Assembly (NCBI GenBank): GCA_046583315.1
Contig: JAYGCN010000306.1
Location: forward strand, 1 to 64,000
Reading direction: 5' to 3'
Length of the DNA: 64,000 bases
DNA from: Candidatus Hydrogenedentota bacterium
GTDB taxonomy: Bacteria; Hydrogenedentota; Hydrogenedentia; Hydrogenedentales; GCA-2746185
Shown here: piece after piece, positions 40,794 through 50,269 of the stretch
Numbering within the stretch: position 1 is the stretch's first letter
Layout: every line of letters begins with the position of its first letter
Notes under the pieces: generated by a model
The model's database searches: none
Seen by the model: only the letters and a program-made list of their open reading frames with translations
Told to the model about the DNA's origin: nothing
Program-made: the position numbers and the translations under genes

Positions 40794-41719
40794 CGTGCTT
40801 CTCCTGGAAGTGCATTACGCAAGGCGGCGATATTCTTTTCGTGTTCAGCGATGATGGGATCGTACATCGGTGTCTCTGCAGCATGACGGCCCTGCTCATG
40901 TTTTCGGAACCCGGTGATGTAGGTGGCGTTCTGCGGACGCCATTGATTGAAGAACAGTCGGTTCTTCTCCAGAATCGCCGCGTGCAAATCACCGACTTCT
41001 TTCATGTTCGGCTTCTTCGTATCATAGCCGAGTCCACTCATCAGCGCGATAGACGCTTCCCAGAATCCGTCCTCGGTAAAATGCAGGCCGTTGTCCGTAC
41101 GCGGCTTGCTGGTCAGTTCGTTGCTCACCGGAAGCTGTTCCGTCATGTCCACAAAACCATAGTCGCGCGCCTTCGCGAGTTTGCCAATGGCTTTCGTATA
41201 CAAGCGGACATCTTCATTGTGTGTGGCGGGATTAGGAAGCGGCGCGCCGAGGTTTTCCTGAAGGATCGGGGATATCAGAACGATACGCGCTTCGAGTTTA
41301 TCGAGGTCGTCGAGCAGCTTGTTGTATCCGTCGAGAAAATTCTGGAGTCCGCCCTCACCTTCGAAGGATTCGACATTGCCGTAATTCACCAGAATCAGAT
41401 CCGGTTCAGCAGCCGCTGCCTGATCGATCAATCTTCCATACCCCTGTTTTTGGGAGTCAAAACTCGCGCGGGCGATCCCATAGACCGTGTCGCCGCTCCA
41501 GCCGAGGTTTCGAAAGGTCAGGTCGTACTCCCTGAAATGCGACGTAAACAGCGTCTCGATGCACCCGTAACGCACGTCCCGTTCAATAAATGTGGACCCA
41601 ATCAGCACAATTCGGTCTCCACTACGAATCGGCACTGACTCGGCCTTCGCGACCATATTCCATCCTGTAAGCGTGAGCATAAGAAGTGCCACGCGGCCCG
41701 CAAGTCTGCAACCAGACAT
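40790..41719 (-). CDS. SGNH/GDSL-family hydrolase-like protein, secreted
   Basis: IVLIGSTF (block I variant), RNLGWSGD, YGNVES, DNGLH; ATGA-coupled to the downstream CxxCH gene. Confidence 0.78.
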   Translation of the reverse strand: MSGCRLAGRVALLMLTLTGWNMVAKAESVPIRSGDRIVLIGSTFIERDVRYGCIETLFTSHFREYDLTFRNLGWSGDTVYGIARASFDSQKQGYGRLIDQAAAAEPDLILVNYGNVESFEGEGGLQNFLDGYNKLLDDLDKLEARIVLISPILQENLGAPLPNPATHNEDVRLYTKAIGKLAKARDYGFVDMTEQLPVSNELTSKPRTDNGLHFTEDGFWEASIALMSGLGYDTKKPNMKEVGDLHAAILEKNRLFFNQWRPQNATYITGFRKHEQGRHAAETPMYDPIIAEHEKNIAALRNALPGEAR

Positions 41720-41794
41720 AATTCTATCCCTCTTTTCTGTTCAAGATTAAGCAACCACCCGTCGAGACTATCAAATTTTGCCACTCCATTTCAG

Positions 41795-41836
41795 TTGAAC
41801 TTCGATTCGCCCACTTCTATACTCAATCGAATCGAA
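41795..41836 (+). promoter_or_regulatory. Putative promoter TTGAAC-N17-TATACT with 9-bp inverted repeat TTCGATTCG/CGAATCGAA
   Basis: -35 at 41795-41800, -10 at 41818-41823, arms at 41801-41809 and 41828-41836. Confidence 0.5.
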
Positions 41837-41849
41837 TCAAATTGGGAAT

Positions 41850-42896
41850 TTGTCCATGTTCGCGATATTTCTTAGCCTGATTGCCGCCGTCACCTACGAG
41901 AACCACGCCGATCTGATGATCCTGAACGACAAGGACGGGATTTCGCGACCTATCGTATCCATTGCAGACTGGGAAATCCGCCGAAACCATATTCTCGAAA
42001 ATATGCAACTCGTCATGGGCGACATTCCAGCGAAATCGGACGCGCCGCTGAATATTGAATACGACTTGGCCGCGACGATACATGGGGACGGTTACACGCG
42101 CCATAAAATTTGGTACACACCGGAGCCCGGGGATCGCGTTCCGGCCTATTTGCTGGTGCCGAATGATATGGGTGTGCCCGCGCCTGCCATGCTTTGTCCG
42201 CACCCGACCAACCCGGACGGAAAAGACATGGTGGTGGGCCTCGTCGACAAAGCGAACCGTAATTACGCCGAAGAACTCGCCCAGCGCGGATACGTGACGC
42301 TTGCGCCCGACTACCCTGGTTTCGGTGAATACAAACCCGGCGTTTACGCTATGGGATATGCAAGCGCGACCGCCAAAGGCATCGTTAACCATCGCCGCGC
42401 GCTGGACGTACTCGCGTCATTGTCTTATGTGGATTCTGAAAAACTCGGCGTCATCGGGCATTCACTAGGTGGACACAACGCGCTCTATCTGGCGACCTTC
42501 GATGATCGCGTCAAGGTGGCTGTCACCAGTTGCGGCTTCAACAGCTTCGCCAAATATAAGGGTGGCGACCTCACGGGCTGGAGTCATAAAGGGTATATGC
42601 CGCGTATTGCCGAACGTTATGATCGCGATCCTGCGAAGATGCCTTTCGACTTCACGGAAATCCTCGGGGTCATCGCGCCGCGGCGCGTGTTCATCAGCGC
42701 ACCGCTGCACGACGCGAATTTCGAAGTCTCTGGCGTATACGACTGCATCAAGGCTGCGGCCCCTGTTTATGCCCTTTACGATGCCTCGGACGACCTGCAA
42801 GCCGTGCATCCTGACTGCGAACACGATTTCCCGCCGACCACCCGCGAGCAGGCCTATCGCTTCATCGACGACACCTTCAACATCAAACGGAATTGA
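41850..42896 (+). CDS. Alpha/beta hydrolase (dienelactone hydrolase-like)
   Basis: VPAYLLVP, GHSLGG nucleophile, HDANF, EHDFP. Confidence 0.83.
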   Translation: MSMFAIFLSLIAAVTYENHADLMILNDKDGISRPIVSIADWEIRRNHILENMQLVMGDIPAKSDAPLNIEYDLAATIHGDGYTRHKIWYTPEPGDRVPAYLLVPNDMGVPAPAMLCPHPTNPDGKDMVVGLVDKANRNYAEELAQRGYVTLAPDYPGFGEYKPGVYAMGYASATAKGIVNHRRALDVLASLSYVDSEKLGVIGHSLGGHNALYLATFDDRVKVAVTSCGFNSFAKYKGGDLTGWSHKGYMPRIAERYDRDPAKMPFDFTEILGVIAPRRVFISAPLHDANFEVSGVYDCIKAAAPVYALYDASDDLQAVHPDCEHDFPPTTREQAYRFIDDTFNIKRN

Positions 42897-42967
42897 CTCG
42901 ATTTTCCCCGACTCCAGCGGTATACTGCATCTTTCGTAACATGTAGCCTAATTGGGAGATCATCACT

Positions 42968-43858
42968 ATGAATCCGAAATATTTCCTTTCCCTGTGCGTA
43001 CTTATCCTTGGTATACCCGCATTTTCGAGTGCTCAGGAATCCCTCATTGCCGACGGTGCAACGGTCAAAAAACTCCACGGTGACTTCGAATTCATCGAAG
43101 GGCCTGTCGCCGATCCGGAAGGCAACGTCTATTTCTCGGATATTCCCGCGAACAAGGTCTACATCTGGACCGTCGATGGAAAACTGAAACTCTTCCGCGA
43201 AAATACGGGTGGGGCGAACGGTTTGAATTTCGATGCGGACGGAAATCTTTATTTCTGCGAGGGTACCGTCCAACGCGTCACGATGATGGACAAAGATGGA
43301 AAGCTTACAACAATCGTCGATAAGTACAAAGGCAAACGTCTGAACAGTCCCAACGATCTGTGGTTTGATTCGAAGGGAGGATTCTACCTCACCGATCCCC
43401 GCTACCAATTCTTCACGCACCCGGTCGAACAGGACGGCGAGCACGTCTACTACATTTCGCCAGACCGGAAATCCATCACCCGTGTCACGACCGACGTGCA
43501 AAAACCCAACGGCGTGGTCGGCTCGCTCGATTTCAAGACCTTATACGTGGCATCCACTTCGGGAAAAATATTCTCCTTCGACATCAACGCCGACGCAACG
43601 CTGAGCAACAAGAAAGAGTTCGCGAACTTGGGCTCCGATGGCGTTACGCTTGACGAAAAAGGCAACCTCTACCTCACTTGGGTCGGCGGCGTACACGTCT
43701 ACAATCCCAAAGGCGAGAAAATTGAAATGATCAAGGTGCCCGAGATGCCCGCGAACTGTGGCTTCGGTGGAAAGGACGGCAAGACGCTGTTCATGACCTC
43801 CCGCATGGGACTCTACGCCATCGACATGAACGTACACGGTTACAACACGATCAAATAG
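42968..43858 (+). CDS. SMP-30/gluconolactonase family protein, secreted
   Basis: FIEGP, ANGL, NSPND, KPNG, SDG, ANCGFGG. Confidence 0.88.
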   Translation: MNPKYFLSLCVLILGIPAFSSAQESLIADGATVKKLHGDFEFIEGPVADPEGNVYFSDIPANKVYIWTVDGKLKLFRENTGGANGLNFDADGNLYFCEGTVQRVTMMDKDGKLTTIVDKYKGKRLNSPNDLWFDSKGGFYLTDPRYQFFTHPVEQDGEHVYYISPDRKSITRVTTDVQKPNGVVGSLDFKTLYVASTSGKIFSFDINADATLSNKKEFANLGSDGVTLDEKGNLYLTWVGGVHVYNPKGEKIEMIKVPEMPANCGFGGKDGKTLFMTSRMGLYAIDMNVHGYNTIK

Positions 43859-43871
43859 CGGAACCTACTAA

Positions 43872-46800
43872 ATGGACTGCTCATCCTGCGGACATAGCAA
43901 TCGGCCCGAGGCGAAATTCTGTGAATCCTGCGGAACAGCCCTGGAACGAAGCTGTGAATCTTGCGGCGTGGTGCTGCGCCCCGAAGCGCGCTTCTGCGAC
44001 TCTTGCGGAACCAAGGTGGAATCCAGCTCCCCAACACCCTCGCCACCACCATCCTCCAGCACGAAACCTCCACGCGCCGCAGAAGGGGAACGCCGTATTG
44101 TCACGGTTCTTTTCGCGGATGCTGTCGGCCACACACCCATATCGGAAGCACTGGACGAGGAAGAAGTCTACAACTTGATGCAGGGGTGTTTCGCACGCAT
44201 GCAGACCGCTGTGGAACGCTACGGCGGCTCGGTCAACCAGTTTACAGGCGACGGTGTACTCGCACTCTTCGGTGCACCCATTGCGCATGAAGACTCCGCC
44301 CGCCGAGCGGTCGCGGCGGCGCTCGAACTGCAGGAATCGCTCGCCGAATATGCGGCGGATGTCAAAAAGAAACTGCCTATTGAATGCAGCTATCGCGTCG
44401 GATTGAACACGGGTCCGGTGGTCATTGGGAAGATATCGGACAATCTTGATCTCGAATTCGCGGCAGTCGGTGACACGGTAAACCTCGCGGCACGCATGGA
44501 GTCCATCGCCGAATCCGGTACGGTCTATCTCTCAGAGAACACATACAAAGCCGTGAAATATTTCTACGAATGCGAATCACTGGGCGAACAGGAAATCAAG
44601 GGGAAGTCCAAACCCGTTCACGTGTATAAAGCCTTGCGCGAAAAAGAAATCCATACGCGGATTCAACTTTCGGTTGAGCGCGGGCTCACGCCTTACATCG
44701 GGCGCGATCAGGAACAGGCCAATTTGCAGGGATACCTCAAGAAAGCATCCGAAGGCCACGGTCAAGTGGTGCTCCTTTCCGGCGAGGCGGGCATGGGCAA
44801 GTCTCGCACGCTACTCGAGTTCCGTAAATCCATCGCCGACGACACCGTGCTATGGTTATCGGGTCAATGTATTTCATTCGGCGACAACATTCCTTTTCTC
44901 TCCGTCATCGACCTGCTGAAGAGTGCTTTTAGCATCACCGAGACCGACGAAGAAACGGCAATCATCGAAAAGATTGATGCCGGAGTCAGCCATTGGCAAT
45001 CCGACGAAAAGGCTACCGCGCCGTACATCAAGTATCTGCTCAACGTCGATCACGGGGACGAAAGTCTCACCGACATGGACCCCATGGTTCGCCGCGCAGG
45101 ATTTCTCGATGCCTTCCGGGCCTTTTTACGGGCCATTTCGCGCGAGCAAACAGTCGTTATGGTCATCGAAGACCTGCACTGGATCGATGAACACTCCGAA
45201 GACATCGTAAACATGCTCGCGGATCTCGTTGGGAATACATCCGTCTTGATGCTGCTTACCGCGCGGCCCGGTTATGCCGCATCCATCGGTGCCCGTTCCT
45301 ATTTCAGCCAACTCGCGCTCACACAGCTCCCGCCCACCGAAAGTGATCGTATCGCCGAAGCGGCCTTCGGCTCAATGGACATACCCAAAGCCCTAAAAGA
45401 TGTCATTACCCAGAAAGCGGACGGTAATCCATTCTATATCGAAGAAGTCATTCGTTCCCTGGAAGAAACGGGGGTTCTGAATCGCGACGATGCTACGGAA
45501 GCAGAAAACGTCGCATCCATCAGAATTCCCGACACCATTCACGAGGTAATTCTATCTCGGCTCGACAGACTTGAACCCGGAGCCCGCGAAGCCATGCAGC
45601 TCGCTTCGGTCATCGGTCGCGAATTCACGGTGCGACTCCTGAACCGAATCTCCGATCTCGAAGATCGACTGACCGACTCGCTCGACCAGCTCAAATCGCT
45701 CGAACTCATTTATGAAACGGGTTACCAATCCGAATTGGCCTACATGTTCAAGCACGCGCTCACCCACGATGTCGCGTACTCCACGCTGCTCATCGAACGG
45801 CGCAAAGAACTGCATCGTACCGTGGCAATGGCCATCGAGACCCTCTTCGAAGAACGGCTTACTGACCACTACGAGGCCCTCGCCTACCATTATGCGCTGG
45901 CCGAAGACGACGAACCGGCGCTCGACTACCTCGTCAAAGCAGGGGATAAAGCCGTCGCCGCGTATGCGAACCGTGAGGCGATTGACTACTATCAGCAGGC
46001 ACTGAATCTGTGTGAAAAAATCGATAATCAGGACGAGCTCGCATCAATCGCACACAAACGCGGCGTCCTCTATCTCGGCATGAGTGAATTCGAGGAATCC
46101 ATCGAGGATTTGAACCGGGTCATTCAATATGGAAAGAATCATGATGATCGCTACAGACAGGGCTCTGCCCTCGCCCTACGCTCCTACGTTGAATGGGAAG
46201 GCCATCAGTTTGATACCGCCCGAGCCACCTCACGCGAAGCAATCGAGCTCGCAGCGGATGAGTTTCCAGGTGCACGCTTTTCCGCGACGGTAACCCTCTG
46301 GTCTAATCTCAATGTTACCGGGCATCATGAAGAAGCACGCGTCCTCATCCCAGAAATTACGAAACTTGCATCCACCGTCGACGAACCTTTTTTTCAGGCA
46401 CTATGGGGTGCCTTCCTGCCTCTGGGTCAGTACTGGAAAGCGGACTTCGATGATTCCATCCTGACCATCAGTCAATGGCGCCCCCAGATCGACTCGGTAC
46501 TGGTCGCGCAAATCATTTGCGAATGGGTCACATGCCTCTCCCTCGGCGGCAAGGGCGAATACGAAGAAGCACTGAGTCGACTCAAGGCAGCGCATCAGTT
46601 CACCGACCGCATCGACAATGTCTTCTATCTCATTCGGATACTCAATACCATCGGATGGATCTACGGCGAAGTGCATCATCTCGAAGAAGCCATCGCCTGG
46701 AACACGAAGGGAATCAATACCGCGCGCGACTTCGACACACTTGATTCCGAAGTAGAAAGCAACGCGCGCCTCAATCTGGGCGACAATCTGGTTGAACTTG

Positions 46801-47321
46801 GAAAACTTGACGAGGCCGAGGAACACTTTCAGTGGGTGGAAGCCATCGCGCGAAATCCCAAACCCGTCGACATGATGTCCATCAACAACTACTCCGCCCA
46901 TTGCTTCCACAGCTACGGTGAACTCTGGCGAATTCGTGGCGATCTTGAGAAAGCACTGGCATACGCTGAAGACTGCATAGACGTCGCAAGAAAATCCGAC
47001 CGACCCAAGAACGAAGTAAAAGGATTACGCCTCAAAGGAGCCACGCTTCACCAACAGGGCCACCTGACCAACGCGGATATCGCACTTGAACAGGCCTTGA
47101 CCATCGCTAGAAAGATCAAGAATCCCCCGCAACTCTGGAAAACATACCGGGCAATCGCGGAACTTTGCACCACTCAAGAACGGCTCGACGATGCGCGAGA
47201 AGCCTATCGGAATACCCTGGAAGTCATGCAATCCATGGCAGACGGGCTCGGCGATGAACTGAAAACCATTTTCATCGCGTCCAAACCCTTCAGTGAAATC
47301 GCGGCACTCTCCAAAATCTGA
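43872..47321 (+). CDS. Class III nucleotide cyclase fused to zinc ribbons, STAND/AAA ATPase and TPR-like repeats
   Basis: Four CxxC motifs, VLFADAVG, FTGDGV, GDTVNLAARM, GEAGMGKS, VIEDLHWID, GNPFY, FKHALTHD, helical C-terminus. Confidence 0.88.
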   Translation: MDCSSCGHSNRPEAKFCESCGTALERSCESCGVVLRPEARFCDSCGTKVESSSPTPSPPPSSSTKPPRAAEGERRIVTVLFADAVGHTPISEALDEEEVYNLMQGCFARMQTAVERYGGSVNQFTGDGVLALFGAPIAHEDSARRAVAAALELQESLAEYAADVKKKLPIECSYRVGLNTGPVVIGKISDNLDLEFAAVGDTVNLAARMESIAESGTVYLSENTYKAVKYFYECESLGEQEIKGKSKPVHVYKALREKEIHTRIQLSVERGLTPYIGRDQEQANLQGYLKKASEGHGQVVLLSGEAGMGKSRTLLEFRKSIADDTVLWLSGQCISFGDNIPFLSVIDLLKSAFSITETDEETAIIEKIDAGVSHWQSDEKATAPYIKYLLNVDHGDESLTDMDPMVRRAGFLDAFRAFLRAISREQTVVMVIEDLHWIDEHSEDIVNMLADLVGNTSVLMLLTARPGYAASIGARSYFSQLALTQLPPTESDRIAEAAFGSMDIPKALKDVITQKADGNPFYIEEVIRSLEETGVLNRDDATEAENVASIRIPDTIHEVILSRLDRLEPGAREAMQLASVIGREFTVRLLNRISDLEDRLTDSLDQLKSLELIYETGYQSELAYMFKHALTHDVAYSTLLIERRKELHRTVAMAIETLFEERLTDHYEALAYHYALAEDDEPALDYLVKAGDKAVAAYANREAIDYYQQALNLCEKIDNQDELASIAHKRGVLYLGMSEFEESIEDLNRVIQYGKNHDDRYRQGSALALRSYVEWEGHQFDTARATSREAIELAADEFPGARFSATVTLWSNLNVTGHHEEARVLIPEITKLASTVDEPFFQALWGAFLPLGQYWKADFDDSILTISQWRPQIDSVLVAQIICEWVTCLSLGGKGEYEEALSRLKAAHQFTDRIDNVFYLIRILNTIGWIYGEVHHLEEAIAWNTKGINTARDFDTLDSEVESNARLNLGDNLVELGKLDEAEEHFQWVEAIARNPKPVDMMSINNYSAHCFHSYGELWRIRGDLEKALAYAEDCIDVARKSDRPKNEVKGLRLKGATLHQQGHLTNADIALEQALTIARKIKNPPQLWKTYRAIAELCTTQERLDDAREAYRNTLEVMQSMADGLGDELKTIFIASKPFSEIAALSKI

Positions 47322-47411
47322 AACCGCGCTGAAAATTGATTCTCCGTTTGATTTTCGTCTACATTCTATCTATAAACTGACAACCATTCATACACCCCAA
47401 ACGAGGTCTCC

Positions 47412-48848
47412 ATGGCAAAAAAGCTGATACCATTCATTGCAGCGTTCATCTTCTCTATTTCCGCGTATGCGGATAAAGACGCGCTGAACGATTCCATTGA
47501 TCGCCTCAACGACGATACTTGGGCTGTCGCTTTGAGCATCTGGAACTGGGCAGAACCCGGTTATCAGGAAACGCGCTCGTCCGCCTTGCTGGCCGACACC
47601 CTCAAAAAAGCCGGATTCACCATCGAGACTGGTGTCGCTGACATCCCCACCGCCTTCACCGCCACCTACGGCTCGGGCGAACCCGTCATCGGCATCCTCG
47701 GTGAATTCGATGCTCTTCCCGGCCTAGCCCAAGACGCCGTCTCGACACGTAGCCCGCGTGAAGCCAGCGAGAACGGTTACGGTCAGGCCTGCGGACACCA
47801 CCTCTTTGGTTCGGCCTCGATGCTTGCCGCCATGGCTATCGCCGAACAAATTAAAGCAGGTGAGCAACCCGGTACCATCCGCTTTTACGGTACCCCCGCC
47901 GAGGAAGGTGGAGCCGCCAAAGTATTCATGGTGCGCAATGGACTCTTCGACGACGTGGACATCATGCTGCATTGGCATCCGGGGGCAAGCAACGGCGCGG
48001 GAGACCCCAGCAACCTTTCACGCATCGCCGCAAAGTTTCGCTTCTACGGAAAAGCTGCTCATGCCGCCGGAGCTCCTGAACAAGGCCGTTCCGCATTGGA
48101 CGCAGTCGAGCTCATGAATCACGCCGCGCAACTGATGCGCGAACACACGCCGGAATACACGCGCATTCATCACATCATCACGTCCGGAGGTGCGGCACCG
48201 AATGTCGTGCCGGATTTCGCTGAAGTCTATTACTATGTTCGACACCCCGACGCGTCGGTCGTGAAGGATCTGTATCGACGGCTACTTCTGTGCGCCGATG
48301 CCGGGGCACTCGCAACCGAAACCAGAGTCGAAGTCGAGTTTCTCGCAGGTACCCACAACCTCTTGCCGAATGACGTGTTATCCCGTGTGACACTGGGTAA
48401 TCTTCAGGAACTCGCTGATCTCAGCTACACGGATGAAGAAATGGACTTCGCGAGAACCATCCAGAAAACGCTCGCCTCACCGAAACCCATCGAGTCCATT
48501 AAAGACGTGAACGACAGCAAAGGCGAAACCTCCAAGGGGTCAACCGATGTCGGAGACGTGTCCTGGGTTGTGCCGACGACGGGTCTGCGCACCGCGTGCT
48601 GGGTACCCGGAACGCCAGCCCACTCGTGGCAAGCCGTTGCTGCAGGCGGTACTGAAATCGGACGTAAAGGCATGATACTCGCCGCACGCGTCCTCGCGGC
48701 TACAGCGTGGGATATCGCACACGATGAAAAGCTCATGGCCGATGCAAAAGCCGAACTCAACGAACGCCTCGAAGACGAACAATACTCCGCCATGCTCGAA
48801 CCCGGCCAGAAAGCACCGCTCACCTACCGCGACGCACCGACTCGATAA
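47412..48848 (+). CDS. M20 family amidohydrolase (AbgB-like) with signal peptide
   Basis: GEFDALPG, ACGHHL, PAEEG, HWHP, AHAAGAPEQGRSALDA, GSTDVGDVSW, HSWQ. Confidence 0.85.
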   Translation: MAKKLIPFIAAFIFSISAYADKDALNDSIDRLNDDTWAVALSIWNWAEPGYQETRSSALLADTLKKAGFTIETGVADIPTAFTATYGSGEPVIGILGEFDALPGLAQDAVSTRSPREASENGYGQACGHHLFGSASMLAAMAIAEQIKAGEQPGTIRFYGTPAEEGGAAKVFMVRNGLFDDVDIMLHWHPGASNGAGDPSNLSRIAAKFRFYGKAAHAAGAPEQGRSALDAVELMNHAAQLMREHTPEYTRIHHIITSGGAAPNVVPDFAEVYYYVRHPDASVVKDLYRRLLLCADAGALATETRVEVEFLAGTHNLLPNDVLSRVTLGNLQELADLSYTDEEMDFARTIQKTLASPKPIESIKDVNDSKGETSKGSTDVGDVSWVVPTTGLRTACWVPGTPAHSWQAVAAGGTEIGRKGMILAARVLAATAWDIAHDEKLMADAKAELNERLEDEQYSAMLEPGQKAPLTYRDAPTR

Positions 48849-48854
48849 GCTTAC

Positions 48855-50216
48855 ATGAGAAACTATTCCACATTATTCGGAATCATGGTGATCGCAGGCC
48901 TGGCATTTCCAGGTGCCCAGGCACAAACCCTCATCGAACTCGCCACACCGCATGTGCAAGCGGCTGAAAAAAGTCGCGATACGCAAAAACTCTGGGGTCG
49001 CATTGGGGGTAGCGAAGCGGAACGCGCGTCGGCCCGAATTCTTCACGATCAACTCAAGCCCTACGTCGACCGGGTCACCCTTGAGGACTTTACCTTCAAC
49101 GCGCATCGCCCCGATAACTGGAAACTGGAGACGGATTCAGGGTTGCTGTTCACCAGTGCCATGCCCGCTCCCTTCGACGCGCGGTTTCCACTCGATACAC
49201 CGCTGAACGAAGTCGTCAACGTCACGGGACACGATGACTGGACCATCGCCAAAGACAAATGGGCCTTCGCTGAGGCCAAAATGCCCTATGGCCCGGCGCG
49301 TACCAGTGTGCGCATCGATCTGCTCTATCAAAAAGCCATCGCGGCTGGATCCACAGGATTCATTTTTTCGCTGCCTACCCCTCCGGGACAATGGCAAGTC
49401 GTTGTGCCGGTCGATAAGCCCTACTCCAAACCCGACACCTTCTTCGAGAACAGCATTCGTCCCATCCCCTCATTCTGCATCGATGCCGAAGACGGCGCAC
49501 GACTGAAAGAAGCCATCGAAACGAACAAAAAACTCTCCTCAGCCTTCAGCTACCCGAGTGACATTCAACAACAAGCCCTCAACACCGTCGGGTATCTCGA
49601 AGGCTCCAGAAAAACGACGATTTTACTCATGGCCCACCTCGACAGTTTTTTCACGGGGGCGTGTGACGATGCCACGGGCCTGGCCGTTCTCGTAGATTTG
49701 GCGCGACGACTCTCGAAAATTCCCAAGGAACAACGAAACGTATCCTTCATCTTCGCGGGCATCAGCGCCCACCACGACGAAGCCGCGGGCATGCACGAAC
49801 TGATTGCATCTGACCCGGAACGATACGCCTCCATCGAGTCCGTTATCCTGCTCGAACACCTCGATGCGCAACACGGCGACATGTCGGGCAAGGCGAAGTG
49901 GCCCAGAAACCTGAACAATTACCGCGCGGCGTATGTCGGGGACGAAGATTGGCCGGAAATCCACAACCCCGTATCCAAACTCGTCACCAACACCGGGCTC
50001 ATGACCGCTCCGGTCACGTTTCGCGAATCCTGCATCGCGGATCTCTTCATCGTCTGCGGCGACAAGAAGATCTTCTGTCTGATGCAGTCCCCACCCTTTT
50101 ACCACACCAATCACGATACGCTCGACAAGATTTCCGAAGAAGGTTTACAGAATGCCTCTGACTTTCATTGGGAACTGCTGAAAGAGATGAAATACATCAC
50201 TCCCCTTGAGAATTAG
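48855..50216 (+). CDS. M28 peptidase-fold protein, secreted, with non-canonical active site
   Basis: MAHLDS, GACDDATG, LLEH, YHTNHDT; the EE position reads AHH. Confidence 0.7.
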   Translation: MRNYSTLFGIMVIAGLAFPGAQAQTLIELATPHVQAAEKSRDTQKLWGRIGGSEAERASARILHDQLKPYVDRVTLEDFTFNAHRPDNWKLETDSGLLFTSAMPAPFDARFPLDTPLNEVVNVTGHDDWTIAKDKWAFAEAKMPYGPARTSVRIDLLYQKAIAAGSTGFIFSLPTPPGQWQVVVPVDKPYSKPDTFFENSIRPIPSFCIDAEDGARLKEAIETNKKLSSAFSYPSDIQQQALNTVGYLEGSRKTTILLMAHLDSFFTGACDDATGLAVLVDLARRLSKIPKEQRNVSFIFAGISAHHDEAAGMHELIASDPERYASIESVILLEHLDAQHGDMSGKAKWPRNLNNYRAAYVGDEDWPEIHNPVSKLVTNTGLMTAPVTFRESCIADLFIVCGDKKIFCLMQSPPFYHTNHDTLDKISEEGLQNASDFHWELLKEMKYITPLEN

Positions 50217-50269
50217 CCCGAAATTCGGCATCATACGGGTTACGTTAACATTCACCTGAAGAGGCGACC

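Noticed and set aside
43872..47321. Anti-phage system call (Avs/Pycsar) for the cyclase-STAND protein
   Set aside because: No effector or defence-island neighbours; this architecture is also common in general signalling.
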